Positions 1 to 11,200 of a DNA stretch of 64,000 nucleotides are shown here, one piece after another. The notes beneath the pieces were generated by a model. The model was given only the letters and a program-made list of their open reading frames with translations, searched no databases and was not told the origin of the DNA. The DNA is taken from NCBI GenBank assembly GCA_000708835.1, contig DF236989.1:186001-250000 (forward strand), given 5' to 3'. Both the position numbers and the translations under genes were made by a program. Numbering within the stretch: position 1 is the stretch's first letter; each line of letters begins with the position of its first letter. Source of the DNA: Klebsormidium nitens. Taxonomy: Eukaryota > Plantae > Klebsormidiophyceae.

Positions 1-3000
1 GAACGACGGACGCGACGTGGTCAATCTGGACGACACCCTGGTGGACCTGAAGCTGGGTCCGGACGTCCTGGAGGTCCGGGTGCCCCGGTACTACCGGAAC
101 GACCGGGCAGTAGAACTGGAGAGCCGCCAGCAATTCTTGGTGAGGGCACTGGTTTCAAAATTTTAATTTGAGGGTTAGGCGCTCCTGCTAAGGTGTCCCC
201 TGATGAGGGCAGCGGTTTAAAGCTTTTGGGTTAGGAGCGTTGAACGCTCCGGGTACCTGAGAGTTCCCCGGTAGTACCGGAACGACCGGGCGGCTGAAGT
301 GGAGAATCGGCAGCACTTCCTGATGAGGGCAGCGGTTACAACTTTTCAATTTGAAGCTTGGTTCGGGCTCTTCCGATATTCCGAAACAGTGGATCTGGAG
401 AGCTGGCAGCATTCCTGGTAAGGGCGCTTTTGCGTTGGAACTTCAAAAAGGAGTCCGGGGTGGACAATTTGGAAGCCTCACGGGTGCTGGAATCTGTACG
501 AGCGGTTGGACTAGAAAACGCAGAGACCTTTTCAATCTCTCGAGTATCCCTGTCTTCTTGCTTTCAACTAAAGACTCTGAAGAGGCCATATGATCCTTGT
601 TCCTTTGTCTCGGGGGTCGAAAAGACCTTTTCTTTCAACGTGAAGCGCCTCGTTCACACAGACTCACACCAATGATTTAGGGCTTCCAACTTTTGCATTA
701 TTGAAACCCAGTCCTCCTTCCCTGGCCTCTGGGTTCTTTCTGCCAGTTCTCCTTGTGTCTGTTCTTTCCCCTGAATATTTCTCTTCTTGCAGCTCGCGCT
801 GATGGAGAAGTACGAGCGGCCGGCGACAGCCGATGACGCGGCCGCCACCGCGGCCGTCCCCGAACCCTCGGCCATGTCGCAGGAGGAGGCTATCGCAATC
901 CTGCAGGTAAGATGCTGCCAAGTGTCACCGCGCTCGTTGCTCTGGCGCCATCCCTACCTTCCCTCGCAAGAAACTTCTCGTCTCAATTTAAGACGGCTGC
1001 AGATTGTGTCGTAGCTGTGCCAGGCTTGTCTCCTTTGCTTCATCGTGAATTACTTCATGTATCTGGGTAAAACGAGTTTTCTTCTGAACCAGAAGTGCTG
1101 AGACAAACCCTCGAAATGGCCAGGCGAACGAGCGCGGCCGCCAGGCGCGCGCGCGCGTGAAGGCGCTTCTGGGCGCGCGCGCACAGCAGGAGGAGGACCT
1201 GCGGCGGCAGCGCATGGGCGGCGACAATATGAGCGCGGAGACCGCGGCCATCAAGATGCAGGCGGCCGCGCGCGGCTTCCTCGCGAAGCGGCGCGCGCGG
1301 CGGATGGTGAACGAAGAGCTGGTCTTCATAGGTGGGAAGACTTTCCTGTGTCGTCTCTTCTCTTCCTTGATTTCTATCGCCTTCTCCTGTGCTTCTTCCG
1401 GTTGCTTTCGCTATCTGATCGAAGGAACGCGCCGAGCGGACGGCGGAACAGGGATTCTCTTTCAGCGGAGCACGACTCTAACCCTTGGTCGTTTTTCTTT
1501 GTCTCTAATCTCCTTCTGTTGTACGGTATTCGCCCGTTCGTCCTATACATGTGGCCCAACCAAGGCCAACTGCTCTCAAGTCAGTGACGTAGCACCGAGA
1601 GCATTCTCCCCTCGAGTCGTTTGTTTTTCTGAAATGCTCCCGCGTTAAAAGCTGTTGCCCTTTTACCCCGACGGATGACATTACGTTTCGGGGACAACAC
1701 CTGGAAGTCAGAGACAGCAGCTATTACGGCGGATTGTGTAGAACCTTCAAGAATTCCATCGAGGCCCCCTATGAAACTGCTCACAGTCCTATAACTAAGT
1801 GGCACAACTACTAGGTATGATAAAGACAGTCTTTCGAAAACTTAAAGAATGGACGCGCTTCGAAACCCTGCCCCCCCTAACCCCCTGACGTAACCCCACC
1901 CTACCTAAACGATAGGTTTATGAGATCCCTCTTGCCCTGTCTTTACATACAGGGATGAAGCCACCCGCGCGCGAGTCCGCGCGCGATCCCGTCCTGCGCG
2001 AGGTCCAGAACCTCGCGCGCCGGAAGGGCGTGCAGGCGGCGAACCGGATCGAGTACGAGGAGTGCGTGGTTAGCATGAAAAAACGGGTTAAGGAGATCGA
2101 GGGCCAAGATATGCGGGAGATGGTCCAGGACCGGGTTAACAAGTGGTTCTTGGAGAACCGGGACCCGGTGACCGGTAACTACCCGGACTTCCCGGGACCT
2201 GACGTGGGCGGCTCGAAGTTTATTTTGAATCCCCCAATTGTGGATCCGAACGCGGGAGAAGAAGAGAACGCGAAAGACGGGAAAGGAAAGGGGGATAAGA
2301 AGGAAGGTGACAAGAAAGACAAGGTGGGGGACAAAAAGGTGAATTTATCGGCCGTGACCGAGTTCCTTGTCCTTCAACCACCGTACTAACTTTTAAGATC
2401 AGCAATTATCAATTGTTTTTCTCCGATGCAAGTCGAAAAGAAATGTTCTGAGAAGCTTGCCAACTTGTCGGGAAACGTTGTCAAGCACTTTTCACCACTT
2501 TCCCACTCAAAATTGGCAGGAAATGGCTAAAAAGCCCAATTTGCAGATTGATTCGAAAACTTTTAGCAGCCTGCTGATACGACAGATCGATTCGGACATA
2601 ATGAATCTGCATGGAAAGTGCCGATCTTAAAAGTTAGTACGGTTTGGCTCTTTGCTGCAGGATGCTATCCGAGCTTTGAGGTACTCTGGATGGCCTACAG
2701 GCGAGAAATGGATAGAGCATCTGGTCTCTTCCTCCTTTAAGAAATCCTTTCGCGGGCTTTGAACCTGACTTTACTGCCAGTACGTCAGGCTTCGTCTCCG
2801 AACTTGCAAGACACCGAAAGAAAGGCATACACCTTCTTCTGGATTCAAGACTTCCAGAGGCTCAGTATCCAAGGGTGGAAAGCTCCCCCTGCTTCGCTTT
2901 CTGTCGAGAACAAGTTTGCACGCATGCACCCACAACTGGTGAGAGCGCAGATACAGTCTGATTCACCTGCAAAACTTTCCTTCCAGGGGGGGAAGGACGA

Positions 3001-6000
3001 AAAGAAGGGAAAGAAGGACGCACCCGAGGAGCCCCCCCCAGAGCCGGCGCCCGCGTGCTTCTTTGCGAAGCATGTCAAGGACGCGGTCCAATCGTACTGC
3101 GCCACGTGGCAGGACAAGGACGAGACAACCAACTTCGTTCAGAGGCACGACGTGGAGATGGTCAAGGCGACGCTGCGGCCGCTCGTCTTCGAGGAAGTGC
3201 GACAGGAGGTGGGTTAGCGCACTAACCAGATGTGAAGTTTTGGGTTTGCTTCAGAGTCGTAGGGTTAGGTCAGCGCGTTGAACACGGTATCAGCTTGGAG
3301 TTTCCTCAGGATCTTTGAATGCGCTAGCCAGCTTCTAGCTAAGCACTTCCGGTTCTTGGTCTCTGGGTCGGCGGTTTTGGACATTGCATACGAAATTTGC
3401 TCTTGCCAACCCCGATGCGCTGTGAATGGGGCCTTGGCGGAGGTAGATGAAGAGATGGCCGAAAGTAGGGCGAAGAAAGGATTGTTCCAAGATGCAAGAC
3501 AAGTTCTTTGAAGCCAAACTTGTTCAAGCCTTCCGCAGTTTAAAAGGGGAATATGGTCCATCCAGTTCAGACATTCCAACAGCCCTTGTAACATTTCAAA
3601 AGCTCAGAAAGTTAGGACGAGGAACCCATGGTGCTGAACAAAAACCAATCAGTTTGCTACCGCTCATCCTCTCCCCAGGTGGACGTCGAAATGGCGGTTC
3701 TGCTGCAGAAGCTCAAGGACATGGTCGCTGCGGAAAAGGCGGGCGGGTCGCCCAAAAAGGGCAAGAAGGGCGGGAAAAAGGGCGACAAACAAGGCAAAAG
3801 TGGCGACGGTGCGAAGAAGGAAAAGAAGCCCAAGGGCGAGAAAGCGGAGAAAGGAGGGGGCGGCAAGAAGGGCAAAAAGGACCCCACGGGGGATCGCAGC
3901 GCCGAATCGCTGTACGCGGAGTTAGTGAGTAACGGCATAGTGCAGCCCTGCCCGCCACGTGGCTTCGCGGAGTTCGTCGGCGCGTACAGCTATCTGGGGA
4001 CGACGCTCGAGAAGGCGGACATCCGGCCGGACCCGTCGATCGCGCAGGTGAGGGGTTTGGGGGACTGGGGGGTTTTCGGGTTTAAAGTTCTGACCGTTGA
4101 AAGTTTTGGCCGTTGTCGGGTTTCGGGTTTTCTTAAAGTTTTTTGGAATGTAAATCTAGGGGTTCGGGTTTGGGGCGTCGGGATGCAGGGTTTGCAAAAG
4201 TTTTGGAAGCCATTTGTTGGAGAAACTGAGAACGTTGCTGCCACCCTTTGGAAAGCGGCTGTCTCTTCCAATATAATCACATGAGCTTGAAGTAGACAGT
4301 CGATATGGGGCGGACTAGCTGTTCTCATCCCGGAGAAGGAAGAGTAACAAACGATTTATTCAGGACTCTTGAATTCGACCTTGCAGTCGCCTAACATATT
4401 CACGCAATCTCCGTCTGCGCTTCACACAGTTACATTCGACCTTTATACCCCTACAATTTCTTTTCATATTTTACCGCATAAGCAATCAACAAAGAATAAG
4501 GTGACGGTAAGTAAGAATGCGGTCCGCCCTCGCAGGTGCGGCAACTGGTGACCGAGTACTGCGTTCTCCCCATCGGCTCCCGCTTCGTGCACGAGAACGC
4601 GCCCTTCGTCCGGTCGGTGCTGCTCTACGGGCCACCCGGGTGCGGCAAAACGCTGCTGGTAAGTCTTTCTCGGAAGCGTTCAAAGAATCTTCGCTTCTTT
4701 CCGCATTTCTCGTAGAGGCGGCTCGAGAAGAGGAATTATCCTCGATAGAGTGCGGGATATCGAACTTCGGTTGGAGAGGCGTTCCACTTTACAGCCAAAT
4801 CGTTGGTTGTACAGAATAGGAAGAGCTTGAGAATTTCTCCTCAGCTTGGAAAGGCAGTGTGAACTGCTTCCCATGTCAAATAGGTTTCTAATCCACGCAA
4901 CCGTTCAGTGACAGGCTTTCCTCAATGACGGTACCCGAGGGCCCGGACCTCTTCCCATCCGTCAGATTCGCGGTTATCACCCCGCGCCAAAAATAGACGA
5001 TACGTTAGTTTAATCCATAAAACCGAGAATCCTCGAACCCTGGTATTCGAAACCCTGGAACTTTGTTGTCCAGGCGCACGCGGCGTGCCACGGCGCGGGC
5101 GCGAACCTGATCAACCTGAGCCCGGCCGCGATCGCGGGGCGGTACGGTGGCAAGCAGGTGGCGCTCATGCTGCACCTCGCGTTCAAGCTCGCGCGCGTAA
5201 TGGCGCCAACAGTCATTCTCGTCGACCAAGTGGAGCAGGTAAGTTGATTTGTTGTTTTTTTTGGGAATTTTTGAGTAGATTGTGACTTCGAGGACTTACT
5301 TGGTCCCGTTTGCAGCTCTCCTTTGTCTCGCTTGGCATTCAGTACCACTCTCGCACTCGCTTTAAAGCTCGCAGCTGTCACGGTCAGAACCGTTATCTTC
5401 GTAAAAGGAGTGAGACAGCTGTAAGAAATTGAAGAGCTATTGTTTGCGTCGCATTTGCTCCCCGTTTCCTTGGATTTTCAGCTTGTCCCATCCGCGACGG
5501 CCAAAGCGTTTGGTTGTACGTCATGCGCCAGTTCAGGAATCTCAACGAATGTAAAAGGCAAGCGCGATGTTTCTTTTATCTTACAGGTGTTTTCATCCGA
5601 CAAAAAGAAAGCAAAGAAGAAGCCCAAGGATGGGGAGGGTGGGGCGGAGGGCGAGGCCCCGGTAGAGCCCCCCAGTCGCATCAAGAAAGAGCTGCTGAAA
5701 GAGATGAAGGGCCTCGCGCCTGGGGACCGGGTCGTTGTGATCGGGTGCACGTCTCGGCCGCAGGTGGGTGGGACCCGATCTTACAAAGGCATATTGAAAA
5801 CTTTCTGAGAAGAGGAGCGGGTGCAAATGCTTAGTACGTTCAACAACAGAAGCGCGCAGTTCAACCGCAGCCAGGATGAATTCGCAGGAGTCGTCAAAGA
5901 GAAGAGGATCGGAGGAACACAAAGGCTTGACGACTGCAAATGATTCCATGCAATAGTTTCATGGAAGAGCAACAAGCGAGTAGACGGTTTTGAAAAGCGA

Positions 6001-7501
6001 TCTGCGCAAGCACAGAAACCGTGCGAGACAGAAATTACTAACTTGAGATACATCCTAAGAGGTGGGCTCTTGAGATCTCATCTCTAACCATTCAGAAATT
6101 TAGACACCCTCACAGAATCCTAGACACCCTCACTCTTGTGGAAATACTTGATTTCTTCAAAACCTTCATGGCACAAACTTCTGCGCCCGCAGGACTGCTC
6201 GTCTTCCGACTCCAAGGCACTCATCGGCGCCTTCGCAAAGCACATCCACGTTCCGCTTCCGGACTACGCCTCGCTCCGGCTGCTGTGGCCGGCGCTGGTC
6301 GAGCGGAACGGCGGAGGGCCCCTGCCGACCGACTTCGACCTCTCCACACTGTGCACAATGAGTCTTGGCTACCCGCCCGGGGCGATCGACCGGGCGCTTA
6401 AGATGGTGCTCACGGAACGACGGAGAATGAAGGTGGGCAGAGCTTTTGAAGTGTGAACTTAATGTTAGCTAGTCTGTTGGTTACTTGGTGGTTGATCTAG
6501 TTCGTCGGTTTGTGAGTGCGCGGTTGAAGGTCTGGTTGTACCTCTGGCGAAATGCCTGGACCCCGTTTAGTGAGAAGTCCCGGCACGCCCCCTCGCATCT
6601 CTTCCTCATGGCACCTTTTTCGACTGATGCCGGAGCCCCCAAAAGTGTATGTCAACGCCTCAATTGCTTTGCTCACCTATCCTTTTTTCCCAGAGCCCTT
6701 CTCTTTGAACTTTCGACTGGAGACGCCACAGCCCTGTTTCAGTCCCTGGGTGACACCCCGACTCGTGTTTAACGCTTAACATAGTCATTGAACGGTGTTT
6801 GCAGCTGGCTGAGAAGCCTCTAAGTCTGGACGAGATCATGGCTGGGCTGTACCGACAGCAGGCCGTCAACAAAGAGGACGACCAAGCGCTACGAGTGAGC
6901 ATTCACAAGACAATCTGAGAAGTTTTCTCGTTGCATTCTATAGATTTGATGATGTTTGTCGTCGCTTATAGGAGCCGTCGACTTGCATCAGAAGCCGCGT
7001 ATATATTTAGGGGCCATGGTTCTAAAGCTGGGGCCTCGCATTTCGGTCGACATCGAAACTGCGACGGTTGCGGAAAAGTTTCCCCGACAAGCCACAGTCC
7101 GTTTCCCTCGTCCTCTACATTTTACTTAGCATCAGGCCGTGGCATCTCCCTATGCCTCCGGGTATCCGGAAGGAGATTCAAGATTTGACCAATCGCAAAG
7201 CGAGTCTCAGGCAGCTTTCGTTTCTCCCCTTTCCTTTCCTTTTTGGTTAAGGCCGAAGCACGGTGATTTTGCGCTCAGCAACTTCCTTCAATGTCGCCAG
7301 ATCCGAGTGGAATCAAAGTGGTTCCCAAGAGATGCCAGTTGCAAAGACTCGTTCGGCATCTAATGCCATCAATCCCGGTCGCCTTCTGCTCAGGATTGGG
7401 CGACCAAGCTGCCCGTGAACCAGCCCAAAACGCCGCCCGAAGAACCGGAGGACGCCAAGAAGAAGGGCGGGAAGGACTCGAAGGGTGGCAAGAAGAAGTA
7501 A
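1..7501 (+). CDS. IQCA1: IQ motif and AAA domain-containing protein (dynein regulatory complex subunit DRC11/IQCA1), 5'-partial, 12 exons in window
   Basis: Phase-consistent GT-AG exons: 1-139, 793-906, 1124-1331, 1953-2323, 2987-3208, 3679-4047, 4536-4658, 5074-5238, 5587-5763, 6193-6432, 6805-6894, 7394-7501 (TAA). IQ motif IKMQAAARGFLAKRR, Walker A LLYGPPGCGKTLL, Lys-rich linkers, DPTGDRSAESLYAELV and PLPDYASLRLLW segments typical of IQCA1/DRC11. Confidence 0.9.
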
Positions 7502-8219
7502 AGCTGCATTGAAGCCTTAACACAGGGCCGGCTCTCAACAGGGCTGAATAGTCCTAGTAGGCGGTCCTGCGAACTGGAACTTGAGTACATTAAGTTGGGT
7601 ACGCGGAGTCTCCAGTAAACAGCAAACGATCATTCCGGCCCTGTGGTCGACGTATGAATCCAGCTTTTCGTCGCGGACGTTGTTCACATGGTACACTGGA
7701 CATTCGCGGCGCTTGTTCAGACTGGTGGTGTATGGCATGCCGGCCCAAATATGACCAATGATAGCGCGCGACCGCGACCGCGCATCTGTGCAGCTCGGCT
7801 CCATCATAGGCGACGGTGACCACAATTAATAATGATCAGCTGCAACAACGCAAGTATCATGCCCGCCAGAAGTGGGATATCATCCTTAAATCATCTCAGT
7901 ACTAACTACTAGATGTATGACAGACTAATCAGTGCTGTATGGTAAGGATCTCGATCAGCTAGGTACGTACTGCATGCAGCCCAGGTACGCGCGATGCGTT
8001 GCAATCATGCGAGCAGTATGTCTGCGCTTGAAATCTCTAGGTGAGCTCAGTGCAATTTCGTCATGCAGGAAATAGAGCATCAAGCTGAATTGATGTGGCA
8101 TAATTCATGAAACACTATCTCCGACAATGAAAGCGGCTTCTTCCATTCGACATCACACCCGACTCTGACCGATCATAATTATCAACAGTTATGGGTACAA
8201 TTCAATCTCGGCCCAACGG

Positions 8220-11200
8220 TCAGTCCCAACTCAACAGATCCTGCAGCGGCTGCGGCGCCACGACTGTTGGCGTCACCACCTTCGCGGTCGGCGTTCTCGT
8301 CGTGTCTCTCGGCGGCGTCGGCGGCCGTCCGAGATCCGGCGCTCGACTCGTCACCCGTCCCGGCGCGTGCCGCCGCGCGTTCGGCCCGTGGCTCACGCAC
8401 ACCCGGTGCGTCACGTAGTCCGACGCCAACGGCCCCCGGACCAAAATCACCAGACTGACGGACACGTCTTTCTCGTCGTTCGCCCACCAACTGTGTTTCC
8501 GCCCCGATCCGCTCGCCTCACTTTCCTCGTCCTCGTCGACGCCCTTCCGCGCGAACTCGAACTCGATCGCGACGCTCTGCGCGCCCGGCACGATCCCCGC
8601 AGCCGGCCGGACCTTCAGCCACGACGGGAAACCCGCGCCCTTGTCCGCGCTCATACTTATACAGCAGTCGCAGTCGGTCGGCGGCTTATTGTCGGCCCGC
8701 ACGACGTACCAGCAGGGCGACTCCGTCCCGTGGTTCGTCAGCCGTACGGTCGCCGGAACGCGCCCGTCGACGATGATCTGCCGGTCGCTGACCGTGCAGT
8801 CCGGGAGCGCGTTGCAGCGGTGGTGGAAAGAGAGAAGCTCAGGGTTGGTGCGCAAAACGCGCCCGTACTCGCGCCGGCGCGCGGCCTCGTCGATGACCGC
8901 GAGATCGACGGCGAGCTCCGCGCGCACCGGCTTGTGGTCGCTGTCAGTCACGTCCATGACGCCCTCGTAGCTGCGGAAGGAGTGCAACTGCAATGTCAGC
9001 ACGGGCAGGAGCGGTGCAAGATGGATGCGGCAGGGGGAAGCAAAGATCGTGAACGAGATCTTTGACGCCATGAGGGCCTCGTAGTTGCAGAGGAGCGGAC
9101 GGGTTCATGTCAGCAGGAGCAAGTTCCAGTAGCTTGTTGCATAAGCCAGGACGGAGGGAATCAGTGCTGTGTGACGTCAGCACATGTGTCAGTGAGGGAA
9201 CGTCTTCAAAAGCTACTTCAGTAAGTCGAGCACCACAGACAAAAAAGCGTCGAGCCGGGGCCTAAGCGAAGCGGACCACGAAGGATCCTCCGAATCGCCT
9301 CGAGGAAAACTGAGGCAAAAGAATCAGTGGGATAAAACACAAACCACAGCGCGGACAAAAAGCTGGTAATCAATTCGCCCCCATATCCATTTAAACGGAC
9401 GAGGAACGAAGAATTATGCACAAAGCAGATCATAGCGGTGAAGATTCAAAGAGGTAGATGAAAGCAGGAAAGCTGGAACGGAGGGGTGTGCCAATCGAAA
9501 ACAACACCCAACTGAGAGAGAAAACCCGGGGGGATACAGAAATGAACGGGAGCAGAAATGTGGTGTAAACTAGAGCGGGACGAAAGGGCACGCACCTGAC
9601 GACAGTGGCCCGCACTGGCTGCGCGAGCTTGGACACCTTTTCCGCCTCCGGCTTGTCGAAGCTGTCCCGGAACAGGATCCGGTCGCACCACGCCGGAATC
9701 CGCTTCTTCTCGCTCGAGTCATACCCCATCGGGTCGCCCGTGTTCTTGTCGAACTTGTAAGTCGGCGGAAACAGAATCGCCCCTTCGCACATCCCCTGAA
9801 ACGCGCGACCGCCCGCCATTTCTGTCCGGAGCTGATCGTTAGCCAGGAGCCAATCCCACTTCTTCTCCCGAACCGCGTCGACCACTTCCTCGAACGGCAG
9901 GTTATCGATCCGGTAGTTAAAGTCGCCGAGCCAAATCAGCAGGTCCGCTTCGGACAGGTCCGGCTGTCCGAGCGGGTCCGTATCGACGATCGGGCTCGGG
10001 AGCTCCGCGTCGAGATCCGGAACCTGCACGTTTCCCCCGGTTTCCAAAACGACCGTCAGGTTCTTCCCGCTTTCGCCCCGTTTCTGCGCGTTCTGGACCG
10101 CGTTCTTGACCGCGGACGATAACCCGTACGCCGCTGCGTTAACCGCGTTGCCGACCGCGCTAACCCCCGCCACAACCACCCCCTGGTACTTCCCGAACAC
10201 CATCCGCCGCGCGATGTGCTCGTAGTCCTCGTTGCGCTTCGCGACCGCATCCATGTGCGCGGCAAAATGCGAGTTGACAAAACACACCGTTCGCCGAAAC
10301 ATGTTGAACCGCACGCCGACTGCGCCCTTGTTCCCGAGCGCGCGCCCGAACCCGCACGCGACCGCGCCGTACTCAAACTCCCCCGCGTAAGGCAGCAACT
10401 CTCGCCGCACCCAAACCCCGACCAGCATGCTCGCCATTTGCCGACTCGCGACCTTCTCCCACTCCTCCGCACCGAGAGCGGCGGTTATCGCCCCTAACCA
10501 CCACTGACCCATCGCGGAACCCTTTTCCTGGAGGCCTAACCCGACGGTTTCCTTCGCGAGGCTTGACGCGAGGCTCCCCGCGCCCATCTCGACCTCTTGC
10601 AGCCCAATCACGACCACGCTCGCCGGCCTCGACTTCTCGGCAATCCATTCCTGGGAGAGAGCGAGTCAAGCAAGATGAGCATTGCAACAAGCAAAGTGGC
10701 TACAATTTTGCGGGGCCATAGAGAATTAAGTGTATTATAACGCTCTTCCCAAAAACTTGAAATGCCATCGGTAGCAGTAGGTGACAATCAACAATGAAAC
10801 GAAGTGAAAGCATATTGCGTCAGCCAATATGTCGATTTGACAAGGCAGGTTGAACGCTGGGTCACTACCGGTTTGCTCGTGATCATATGGAACGACTTAT
10901 CCGGGAGATTTATTGCAAGGACCAGTGACGTCTAAGCTTCGATCAACACACCGCATAAGAGGGGCAATGCACCCAGGAAAACAGTACATTCTGCAAAAGG
11001 CAATAGCAGAAACTGGAAGAAGAACAAGAGTAACAAATTGATAGCAAGCCTCACATTGAGCGCCTTGGGCGTCGCCTTCTGCTCGTTCACGTTCCACGTC
11101 CCCGCCAGGATCTGGATCGCCTTGGACCTCGTATACGTATCGCAGCACGCCGTCATCTCCTCCCGTATGATATGCTCCACCGTGTTCGGCGTCCGCATAC

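Noticed and set aside
7764-7783. CGCGACCG motif recurring in intergenic GC islands (also near 16214 and 40507)
   Set aside because: Also occurs within GC-rich exons; no terminal inverted repeats or target-site duplications seen, so a mobile element cannot be supported.
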